Shown: positions 1 to 12,000 of the stretch, one piece after another
Numbering within the stretch: position 1 is the stretch's first letter
How the letters are laid out: each line of letters begins with the position of its first letter
Assembly: GCA_030141605.1 (NCBI GenBank)
Contig: JAQGDQ010000449.1
Location: forward strand, 128,255 to 192,254
Direction of reading: 5' to 3'
Origin: Tubiluchus corallicola
Lineage: Eukaryota; Animalia; Priapulida
Length of the DNA stretch: 64,000 bases
The notes under the pieces: model-generated
The model's database searches: none
What the model was told of the DNA's origin: nothing
What the model saw: only the letters and a program-made list of their open reading frames with translations
Program-made: the position numbers and the translations under genes

Positions 1-100
1 CAACTAAAAGAAATTTTCATATTAAAATGTTTTCTTTCCTGGTCAGCATTTTATAAATCTCAATAAGATCTCCAAGGTGTCTTAATTCAAGTATGGTCAA
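1..100 (-). mobile_element. CR1/L2-type LINE 3' fragment (degenerate)
   Basis: The minus strand reads ...RHLGDLIEIYKMLT..., the RGDLIxxYK-type motif from the C-terminus of CR1-clade ORF2. The sequence resembles 62510-62620 in this window. Confidence 0.6.
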
Positions 101-879
101 AATTTATATCAAAAAATGCCAGTGAGGCTTATTTAACTCGTACAATCGGTATAAGGATCAACTACGGGATGTGAGACGGGAGCGACAGGTAGACCCGATC
201 TCTGAACTCAATTTTTTAATTTTTAAAACTTGAGTATCAGCCTAAACAATAGCGCCGCACGACGACATTTAGTTTTGAGTGGAAGAAGTTACTAGAATTT
301 AAAATTTAAAATTTTGTTCTCCTCGCATTGGTGTGCTATTTTCAATGGTGGTGCTAGCGGCACCTAGTTAACGTTTCTGAAATCTTTTCAGTTCAGCCTT
401 TTTTAGCTTTGTTATACATTACAGCCAATCAGATGTTAGAAGCCAACTTTAGGTATAGTCAAATGACTTTCATGACCTATTTTACCTGTTCATATTTACA
501 CGTATGCGATTAGCATTTTCTTACTGCCGTAGTACTGGTGAACTCATTAAATACTGTTTTTTGTATCCAGGATACCATTTAATCATCAAATTGTAAGTTC
601 TATTAATTTAGACTAAATTGTCTTTATCTTGTAAATTAATACAATAATCTGCTAATTTGGTTATAGATCAGAAATCCGTTAGAAACACGTCATATTTTTA
701 CTTAGCTGCTGTAATTTCCACCTGCTAATGTGTTAATTATTTTTCTATTGTTTGCTTCTCTTTATTGTTGAATCACATCTTTATTCTGAATAAATTAATT
801 TCAGGTTGATGGCATCAGGTAATGCCGGAGTTAAATTTTTCTTTTGGATGTTTTACTTGGGCGCGTCCACAATGTGCCG

Positions 880-2100
880 CAATATTTTATGCGCTCTGTA
901 TTGACACCAGTGGTTAAAAACAAAAATAATGGTACTGAAGATCGTAATAGTTATAGGCCTGTTGCCATAAGCTCTACAAGTTCTTGAACATATTGTGTTA
1001 TTGCGGTATTCTGAGTTGCTGCAAACTACTGATAATCAATTCGCATTCAATTGGTTATCTTGGACCAAATATTTGCATTTATGGTTTAAAAGAAATTATG
1101 GATTCTTATCGGTCTAGGAATACACCTTTACATATATGTTTCGCTGACGTTGCAAAAGCATTTGATAGTGTGAGTTATTTTAAACTATATTAAAATTAAT
1201 CATGGAACAAATTTGCCAATAATTATCATCAGATTGCTGGCATATTTTTATATTAATCAAGGACTCTGTATCGGTGGGGGAAACTTACTTCAAGCAATTT
1301 TTATGTTGGTGACAATGTAAGACTGGGAGGAATTTTATCTCCGTGTCTATTCAATTTCTATTTTAGTGAATTGAGCGTAAATTTAAACAATACTCACACT
1401 GGTTGTCGAATTAATGGTTTGTTTATGAATCACCTTTCTTTTGCTGTTGATATTTGTTTGTTCTCTAATACAGTAAGGTAAATGAATACTATGTTAGATA
1501 CATACCAAATGTTTGCTAAGAAGTATGATGTCATCTTCAACTCCGAGAAGACAAAGCTGCTAACTATTACTCCGCAAAATGTGAAATCGGTACCTTTTAC
1601 TGACATTTATTGCAATGGTTCAGTAATTACACCTGTATTTTCGAATAAATATCTAAGGCATATTATGACAAATCTGGCCTCTGATAATGAGGATATTGCG
1701 ATACAGAAATGTCTTCTTGCTGCTAGAGCAAACATTCTTATTAGAAAATTTTCATTTTGTAGTAAAGATGTTAAGATATAATTGTTTAAAACATATTGTA
1801 CAAGTGTCTATGGTATACCATTGCGGAGAAATTACAATTCCTATAGTATTAAAGAACTGAAAGTTACCTATAACAAGTGTATAAGAAAGCCATGTTCATT
1901 GCCCTATAATTGCAGCGCTAGTCAAATGTTTGTCAACCTGCAAATTCACCACATTGACGTATTTATACGAAAAGCTGATTATTCTTTTAAAAATCGATTA
2001 GATCGCTCTTATACTATGTTAATGCAAATGTATTTTAAATTCCGAAATCAGTATGAATTCTTATATTTTTAGCAAACAGAGAACAATTTTATTTGTAAAT
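880..2100 (+). mobile_element. Degenerate non-LTR retrotransposon (LINE) reverse transcriptase remnant
   Basis: Broken ORFs carry RT motifs in the expected order: YRPVAI, FADVAKAFDSV, VRLGGILSPCLFN, NHLSFAVDICL (decayed YADD), FNSEKTK, FKTYCTSVYG. Multiple stops and frameshifts. Confidence 0.85.
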
Positions 2101-2152
2101 TCCCTTTCGTAAATACTCATCTGTATTATAACCGAATAGGCAAGGAAGACAT

Positions 2153-2280
2153 TAAGAGAGAAAGAGAAAGAAAGGGGACCAGAGAGAGAGAAAGGGAGAG
2201 AAAGAGAGACGAGAACTGAAGAGGGAGAAAGAGAAAATGAAAAAATGACTGAAAAAGTGAAAAAAATAAGAGAGAAAATA
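2153..2280. repeat. GA-rich low-complexity tract
   Basis: Runs of (ga)n and gaaa visible directly in the sequence. Confidence 0.7.
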
Positions 2281-2875
2281 ACATGAACAATTTAGAGGCA
2301 TTTACTAGTGCTTATTTTAGCAATTATTTCACGTTAGTTTGTATTATGTATTTGTCTTATGTATTTAATCAGCTCAAATAGAATTGTGATATGGCTGAAT
2401 CGCAATTGTGATATGGCTTGTTCGGGGCATATAATTTATATCTACATCATTGAGTGGCAAGTTACATACTAAAACTAAAATATGTCAGACATTAATAAAC
2501 AATCTATCCATTGCAAAATAATCAACATTTTATTTGACTTTTTCCACACGAAGGCTGCATGCAATGAACAAACAATTTCGGCTGCTTTGTTAACAGTTAA
2601 TAAAAATACATCGAACGATTAAGCTAAACGAAAAGACAGCAGTCTTACTCATAAATAAAAATTGACTAGAATTACAAAGCTGGCGAGCAACGCCAATTAA
2701 TAATGTTTCGGCGTGTTTTAAATGAATAGCAGTGTCTTTTCTTTACTTCTGTTAGCAAAACACCTCGAAGGCAGAAGCTCAAAGAGAAGAGAAATCCTAA
2801 GGGATGAAATCACATGGCACCTCAACAGCAACATCTAGAGAAAAACCTAGAAGACTTTAGACACTATAAACAAGC

Positions 2876-2902
2876 CTAAGGTCCTTTTTCGAATCCAAAT
2901 TC
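2876..2902 (-). CDS. Putative alternative terminal coding exon of the myosin heavy chain (EFGFEKGP*)
   Basis: A strong acceptor (gtttttcattttttgcag) ends at 2903. Phase-0 reading after ...GGRTQP gives EFGFEKGP-stop. AATAAA lies downstream at 2529-2534 (minus). Confidence 0.5.
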   Translation of the reverse strand, partial: EFGFEKGP

Positions 2903-3088
2903 CTGCAAAAAATGAAAAACAGATAGTCGTAACAAAATATACACAAACGCCGTTTACTGATTCTTTAAATAATTGATAATACAATTGTCGCTTACAAAAA
3001 ATTTATTAATCATTTATACTTGACTTTCATGAGGATTTGAGAAACTGATTTTATAACGAATACCATAATACCGTTGTTTTGCTTAGAT

Positions 3089-6000
3089 CTATTCTTCGTC
3101 GAAATCCATCCTAGGACGACGTCTGGCTGGTTGCTGTAACAGAATAAAAACAGTTAAATTTATTTTATAAACCAAGCAAATCACGCAACGGGTTCATATC
3201 ACTTAGTGTGTCATTTTTTAAAATTAACTATTGCAGTAGCTACTATCTAACTTCAAAGCATCATCAAAAATTGATACACTTTTCAGTCAGAAAAGCAAAA
3301 ATTGCGTTACCGAATGCAGACGTAATCAGTATAACTGTGGAAGTATAGCGAATGTGTGTACTTGTGTAGCGAGCGTACGTTTGTAGAGACGTTTTAACAG
3401 TGTAAATAGGCCACAGAGTGCTCTACAAACTACACAAATAATATTATTCTAATTTTAAGCTGAATTGCATGTAAAAATATTACATTGCCGTTATAATTAT
3501 TTGTTCATTAGTCCCACACGCTAAATAAATCTGTCTGTAACAAACTGTTTGACGTAAACCGTCTTAGACAAAATTTGCCACCGTACGCTGCAATTAATCC
3601 GCAGACAAGAGCAGGGCGAGTTTTGTGGAACAGAAAATCCAGCAGGTTTTAAAAAATCCGTGTGTGACAAATTAGTAAAACAGCGTTTATCGAGACGAAC
3701 AAAATTTTGAGTCAGACGTTTTGTCAGACAGAGTTTTGCAGGCATAATTTGCATCGTGTGCGTCCTAGGTAAGAAGTGATGCGCGATTAATAAAAAAAAT
3801 CTGTTTTAATGTGAATATGATTGACATGCAATATCATGTAAATAAATCTACAAGTATAAACTTACAGGTTGTGTTCTTCCACCTGAAGCCATGCCGCCAG
3901 CACGGGCCTGAGCACGAAGTTTTGCAAAGGCATTCTCAGCATCTTCTGCTCTTGACTCAGCCTCTTCCAACTCTGTTTGGGCTTTACGGTACTTGGCGAG
4001 GTTCATGTTCGCGACTTCCTCTGCTTCCTCAATCTGTCGCTTGTACAGCTTAATCTTTCCATTTAACTTCTCAAGCATATCCTGGAAATGAGCCTGGTTT
4101 TTCTTGTCCTCCTCAACCTGCATCATCAGTTCCTTGACACGACGGTCGGCTTTGCGGTAGTTTTTCTGGGCTTCACTGTGGCGACGCTGTTCAACATCAA
4201 GCTCTCCTTCCAGTTCACGAACGCGATGTTCAAGCTTAGCAATCAGTTTCTTTCCGCCCTTGAGCATGTTTGCTTCAGCTTCATCTAAACGAACTTGGAG
4301 ATCCTTAATCTGTTGCTCTTGTGCCTTTCGTGCTTTCTCAATGTTTGCTGCGTGATCTTGCTCTTGGCGAAGTTCTTCAGCGAGACGAGCTGCATCAGCT
4401 ACAGCAGTCCTTGACCTCTCATCAGCTGCTTTTAATTCGTTTACAGTTTCATCAAGATCAGCTTGCATTGTAGTGATATCACCTTCAATTTTCCTCTTTG
4501 CAGCAGAAATTGAAGCAATTTGAGATTGGAGATCACTAACACGGTCGTTTGCATCATTCAAATCTGCTTCAGCTGCACGACGATTACGCTCAGCTTGTTC
4601 AAGACTTGTTCTTGTTTCTTCAAGTTCAGCACTAATTGCATTACAACGACGCTCACTGGCATTGAACTGCTCCCTGACTTCATCTCTGGCTCTTTGCTCT
4701 TCTTCTAATTGTGATTCCAAATCTGTAATGTGGGCTTGCAACTTCTTGAGATTCTTCTGCGCATCAGCATTCTGGCGATTTGCGCTGTCCAAAGCAACTT
4801 CAAGTTGGTTGATGTCACTTTCAAGTTTCTTCTTCATGCGCATTGCTTCTGCCTTACCTTTAGCCTCAGCCTCCAGACTGGCCTGCATGGAGTCAACTGC
4901 ACGCTGGTGGTTTCTGCGAGTAGTTTCAAACTCTTCATCTTTTTCAGCTAAACGCCTATCGACTTCTTGACGAATTTGTTGCAGTTCAAGCTGGCCACGA
5001 ACAACTTTAGCTTCTTCCTGTTCCAGGGCAGCTTCGGCTTCCTCAAGAGCTGACTGAAGTTCTTCCTTCTCCATTTCAACTCTGCGTCGAGCTTTGTCAA
5101 CTTCATGGATATTTTTGCCACCTTCACTTAATTGATCAGTGAGGTCCTTAATCTCATCACTGAGGTTTCTAATTTCTCTCTTCAAATTCTCGATAGTGTC
5201 TTGAGCCTCTTCGTTGCTTGTTTTTGCCTTGAACATTTCTGTTGATAAGGTGCGGCATTCTCGCTGGGAAGCTTCTAGTTCAGAAGCAAGATCATCTGAC
5301 TTTTGTTTCCATTCAGCAATAGTCTTGTCGAAGTTACGTTGCCTCTTCTCTGCCGCATTTGCAGCAGCAGTTGCACGCTCAACTTCAATAGACATATCAT
5401 CAAGGTCATTACTGAGACGCGACTTTGTCTTTTCTAAAGACGTTATTTTTGCATTTGCTGTATCTAAAGCGTCCTCAGCAGACTGCAATTTGGTCATCAT
5501 CTTACGTCTAAAAGAAAAAATACCATTCCATAAAAACTGATTGTAAAGCCTACCAAAATTGATGTAAAATAGAATATTTACGGTGACTGACAATATTTAT
5601 CTGTATTTTTCTCCAGACAAACGAAATAAAAAGACCATATTGTTAAAAAGAATAAAATTAAGACAGCTGTTAGTACCTAAAATAAAAATACGAATTAAAC
5701 TCGGCAATCTGCACGTTCAGCCTACTTCAAAAAGAACATACTTAATTTCTTCTGCTTCAGGTCCTCCACCACCAAGACCTTCGCTCTCCACACGAGCACG
5801 AAGGGTATTGAAGTCATTGGTGACCTTGGCAAGTTGTCGCTGAATAGATGATTTGCCATCAGCTTCTTCCTCAAGCTGTTCTTTCGCTTGTTCAAGATCA
5901 TGCTGTGCATTGCGCAGTTGAGCTTGTAGATTAGCTCTCTGTCTTCCTTCATCCTCTGCTGCATTCTTTGCTTCTTCTAACTGAGACTGCAGCTGAGATT

Positions 6001-9000
6001 TAATGCGGTTAAGCTGGTTGATTTGAGACTCTGCCTCTTCTACCTGCCTCTGTAGATCGTTGTTCTCGTTGGTCAACCTGGATTTTTGTCCATTCAAGTC
6101 GTTAATGGTTCTGGCAGATTCGTCTAATTTTGCATTGGCTTCTGATAATTGACCTTCCAAGGCTTTACAGAGCTTATCAGCTTGTCCCTAACACAAATTG
6201 TAATTATTAGTATGATCAAAAATAGCTACAAGAACAACAATTTAAATGAAAAAGAAACTTTTAAACACAAATACGTAAATCAATCATTACAATGTACGTG
6301 GTACACGCAAACTGTAAATTACCTTCGTTTTTGAGACATGGTCAATGTTGCTCTTTAAATCATCAAGCTCCACCTTCAGTTGAGCCTTTTCTTTTTCAAT
6401 CCTATAAATAGAAATATTATTTCATGACAAACATATTTGTTTTTTACTTATTGTATTAATTAAGAGAACAATATAAAAATTTCGTAAAAAAGTTTATTCT
6501 TTTTCGAAGATTTTTCAAGTGGAATTGCATCTGATTATAACTAATAGAAAAAACATTCAAAACCAGATTTACTTTGCTTTTGTCTTTTGTGCTTGGTCCA
6601 GCTGTTCTCCCATCTCTGCAACAACGTCATTCTGCTTCTTGCGCAAAGCTGATATTGTGGCTTCATGCTGCAAGGCCTGTTCCTCAAGGTCACGACGAAG
6701 TTTGGCCAGTTCAGCTTCTCGTTTTTTGTTCAGTTCTACCTGAGCATGCGTTGCACCTCCGGCTTCATCTAAACGCTCTGTCAGTTCCTCTAATTCTCGC
6801 ATTGCATCGGCACGTTGTTTCTCTACTTTAGATCGAGCTTGTCTCTCTGCTTCCACTTCCTCTTCAACCTCCTCAATGCGAGCCTGATGTTCCTTAACCT
6901 TCTTTTGCAACTGATGGATTACACCTTGTTCATCCTCGCACTTGCTGCCCAAGTTTCCCAGTTCTTTGTCCTTTCTTCGAACATTTTCTTCCAAGTCGTG
7001 TTTGACCCTCTCCAATTCCTCAACAGTTTCTTGTGTCATCTTGAGGTCACCTTCAACTTTGCGTTTTGCCTTCTCAACATCAGCCCGTATCTTCTTTTCT
7101 CGCTCTAAATTATCTTCTAACTCGTCAAGACTTTGTTCTAGTTTTGCTTTTACCTTATTTAGATGGTTTACCTTGTCCTCTTCTTTTTGGAGGTCTTCTG
7201 AAGTTCTCTATAATGCAAACATGCAGAAAGGAGATCAATCAAGTTTGCATTTATTTTTGCAAGTTAATCACAGTATGTCATTTTTTAATAGTTAAATATT
7301 TAGAAATTTATATGTAATCTGACTGTATATACTTTAATTTAATTTCAATTTGATTTTTTTTTTATTCAGTACCCACATATATCTAAGGTCAATATATGAT
7401 TAGATCGAAATGAAAATGCTCACCGACTGAGTTTCTTCGACATTCTTTTTCTCTTTTGTCACCTTGGCGATCAGTTCATCTTGCCTAGCAATTTCGTCAT
7501 TAAGTTGCTTTATTTGGTGTTCTTTTGCTGTCTTCTCACTTTCTGTTTTCTTTAGCTGACGCTCAAGGTCTTCTATTTGGCTCTTCAGATCTGAAATGTC
7601 ACTCTCCGCCTTGCGTTTGGCATCAGATACATTAGCTGAGTTTTCTTCTTCCTCTGCCAAACGATCTCGCATGTCGTGCATTTGCGTCTCAAGTTCGAGC
7701 TTCTGACTCATCAATTTAGTTGCTCGCTCTTCAATGTCTGCAATAGTTTCTGCTTCATTTTGACATTGGATATAAAGTTCCTGCTTCTCCTTTGTAACTT
7801 TGGTAAACTTTTCTTCAAATTCTTTGCGGCCCTTGCTTTCCTTCTCAAGCTCTTCTTTCAACTTAGCTATTTCCTCATCCTTCTTTTTCATGTCATCCTC
7901 CTGACGAGCAATAGAAAGAAGAGGCTTGACCTTGGTGTACAGCTTCCACCAGGGCCAATTGCGGCATTGCAAGTACTTCCTGGTGTTGCGCTGGATGACA
8001 ATCATAGCCAGACGTTGTGCCTTCATCTTGACGTATTCTTCTCTCATCTGTTTTCCTCTTATCCATGCTTGCATCAATGTTACGATGCGGGTAATACGTT
8101 CGTCTCGCATCTCCTCAAGTTTTCCGAGAGAGCCAGACTTGAAGAAAACTTTTGTGTGGCCAAGTTTATAAGTCTCAACATCCCATTCAAGTGCAATAAG
8201 TATGCGAGAGGTGACATCTTTACTATCAGCAAAACCTTCTGGGACAGCATTTGGTGCCAAAATTTGATACCTGTTGAATAATATTAACACAATGTGTCAG
8301 AAAACACCTAATAAATTCAATGCATTTTCGACAAAAGTGATTAATATGATAATGAATATATTTTAAAATCGTGTACCTATGTTTGAAATCACCATACAGC
8401 AGTCTGTTGGGGAAGCCCTTACGGCAAATACGGATTCCTTCCAGTACACCGTTGCAAGTAAGCTGGTTCATTACAAGGTCGGCATCAAGCACACCACCCT
8501 CCTTGTTTTCATTGGGGATGATGCATCGTACAAAGTGTGGAGATGTGTTCCTCAGTGTTGTCATCAACTTATTAAGTTGTTCCTGTCAAAACAGCACAAA
8601 CTGGTGAAATAATTGGTGTCTTGTCAATCAAGCAATCTTGCCTGCCTGATAAACTGTACGACGAAATTACAGCAAAAATTAACGGCAAAGCATTAGTTTA
8701 GGTTGTGAGCGATCTGATTTACATGTTGTACTTGCCTCATATGCGCTCTTAGCACAAGCGCTAAACTTTATCTCAACGCACTGCGATAATACAATGCTGG
8801 CACCACCATATTAAAGAGATACGAACACGGTAAATGCATTAAAAACAGAAAAATTCAAACTTACTCTGTACACTGCAGAAACAGTCTGGAAAGCTGATCC
8901 CTTCTTGCGCTTGCCTTTGCCGCCAGTTTCTTCTTCAACTACCAATTTGTCAGCGAACAGAATTGGCATTAAACTATTGCCATGTGAATGGGCAAAAGTA

Positions 9001-12000
9001 ACAGCAACAGTGTCGTTGATGGGATCCTTGTTCTTTTCCAGCCAGTGGCTGACGTTGTAGTTAACTGTACCAGCATAGTGAACAATACCAAAATGAGCTT
9101 CAGCTTGTGTCCCCTTTGGTGGTTTGGGCTTAATAAATGGCGCTGATTTTCCCAAATGATTATCCATTAACTTCTGAAGGAAAGTCATATCCGTAGCTTT
9201 GGGAAACATGGATTCTTCTTCAAGGATAGCAAAAACGCCCATTGGTCTCTCAATCATGTCAATACAAGCTTGCAGATCAAGGCCAAAGTCGATAAAGGTC
9301 CACTCTATTCCTTCACGTTTGTATTCCTCTTGTTCCAGGACAAACATGTGGTGATTGAAAAACTGCTGCAATTTTTCATTTGTAAAGTTAATGCAAATCT
9401 GCTCAAAACCGTTGAAATCAAAAATCTCAAAACCAGCAATATCCAACACACCAATGAAGAACTGCTTTTTTATGTTGGTTGCTAGAGTTTCGTTAACTTT
9501 TGTAACCAGCCAGACAAACATACGATTATACATTGCTTTTGCCAACGCTCCCACAGCGTAGTAGACCTGGTCTTTGTTTTGACCTTTGGTGACATACTCA
9601 TTTCCGACTTTCACTCGAGGTTTCAACAAGCCCTTGTAAAGATCAGCATCTGACACTCCAACCAAGTGAGCTACTTTTCCTCCAGTTTCCATTCCATCTG
9701 CTTCCGCTTGCTCTTCACGAGCTCTCTGTTTGAATTGCATCGTTCCCATGTGCATTACAGCGCCTACTATTTTGTATATACAGGTCTTTTCTTCTTCGTT
9801 GAAGCCCAAAATGTCAAAGGCTTCCTGCAAAAAACAAAAGGACATTCTTGTCGTTTTTTCTGTTTTGTTTTGATTATTAATCTACTGTATTCGATAATCG
9901 TAGGAACGTTTTCTTAGAATATATTTCTACACTTTACATTTCATTCCAAATTACACTAAATTATTTTATAGTGAAAAATAATTATTTTTGTTATTGCAAT
10001 AGTAACTTTTGGTATTTTACAGTTGAAAAAAACAAGCAGAAATGGAATGCTATATAACCCTGCACATGTAGACACAAATTTGTAGTAGCATTTGGGAAAT
10101 ATGTTGAAATCATCCTATAAATTTTGATCACAGCTTACATCTGTGGCTCGCATTTCTTCTCCGTCGTCCACCCCATCAATATAAGTTTTTCCTTGCGCAA
10201 TGAAGTAATAGTGGTCTACTGGTTGATCCAAAAGAAGTTGGTCTGAAGTAAAAATGCCAACATAAATTGTTTTATACACTCTTATACTCAAAGCAAGAAT
10301 AATAACGAAAAGAAACAAGAAAACTGTTATTCATGAGTGTCCATAAACTCGTAATAGAACAAGTAAGCCTGTAATGTTGGTTCCATGTAACGTTTGGGTA
10401 GTCACTACAGTCAATATTAATGTTACACAGTTTCAGTAAATTAGTTGCTTAAATTAAGAAGCTCGGAAAATGAAAACGATAAAGTGAAGTTTGAGTAACT
10501 AACTTGTTATTCCTTCTCGATACATGATACCCTTATCATAAACCTATTATTACACAAAGAGTTATCAAATTTCCAAAATTGCATCAGATATCAAATTTCC
10601 TGAAAATATTCAAATTAAATGGAAAAGTAAATTATAAAAGTATAAGTATAAGTAAAAGTATATAAGTATAAATTACACTTTTATGTTCTTTTTCGGTAAG
10701 CTCTCTGAGCTTTGTCTAGATCCATTCAATGAAGAACTACTTGAATTCTGGTATAATGCATAATGATACCAATGCATGCTTATTTCATATACAAGTATCT
10801 TGTTTTCATGTGGGTTGTTTCATTTTCAGCCTTTTATAATTTATGCTCTATTTATGTAGCTAAAGATTTAGCTTCTGTAAAGTTAAATTCTTTCTTTAAT
10901 TTTATGCATTGAAATATCGATTCTTGATTTTTCCTAATCGTCTAAAAGTCTAAAATAACAAAAGATATGCATACCTTTAAGCTTGGCAAGCCCACCAGAT
11001 GGAATCTGGTAAAATATGTGATATGATCTTTCTTTGGGAGCCTGGGAAATAATTCTAGACTTCTCCAACAAATAGGATTCGATATCAGCACCAGCCAGTT
11101 TACCAGAGGGGCCAAAATGGATACGGATAAATTTACCCTAAATATTTAAAATTAGAAATTTGATACAGTGTATAATATATAATTTCAATATGGCATGCAA
11201 GAACAATTTTAAAAAACAATGACTAAAACGCAATGTTCACAGCTAGTCGTATAATTTACTATAAAAACCGACAAATTGCCAAATCATGCTTCTTTCTGTT
11301 TACCAACTAGCCTTTAATCCAGAAAAAATATCAAATTCAATTTTATTTAGGAAAATGAATTTAATTTTCAAAATATAGTGAAAAAAGAATAAAAATACTT
11401 TGGAATTGGGAATTGGAGTACATTTGGAATTAAAGATATCCAGCAAACAGAGCCAGCCATCGCCCCCTTCCAAAAAAACTTGGTTTGAAACTCGCTTAGG
11501 TTCTTCTTGTCCATCTTTTTGATATGTGAAATTTAAACTACACATGGCTTATTACAGAACAAGAAAACAGTACACAGAAACAATGTTTGCGCGAATAATT
11601 ATAGAACAAACTTACGAATCGAGATGAGTTGTCATTTCTCACAGTCTTGGCATTGCCAAAACTCTCCAGTACAGGATTAGCTTGCACAATCTGATCTTCT
11701 AGGGTACCCTGAAAATGGGTCAAAATTAGAAGGAATCATTCGATTTTTTCTCTTTGAAACGTTTATTTATGAAGACGAGACTGTAAAAATACACGTGTAT
11801 ATACAACGTGCTTAAGAACAGTAACTCATTTTGGATCACAACTAATTAAAATAGAAATGGTAAATGGAGACTAGAGGCAAGTTTTCCTTTATGATGATAT
11901 GAAGTGATGTTATGAAATTGATGTTTGGTAGAGATACGTACATTAATTTATTCTTTATTATTGATAACAGTTCTTTATTCGACTGCAGCTTGAATGTTTA

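Noticed and set aside
3811-9917. Numerous plus-strand ORFs overlapping the myosin exons (and those antisense to HACL1)
   Set aside because: These are antisense shadows of coding sequence with biased codon use, and they contain no recognisable domains.
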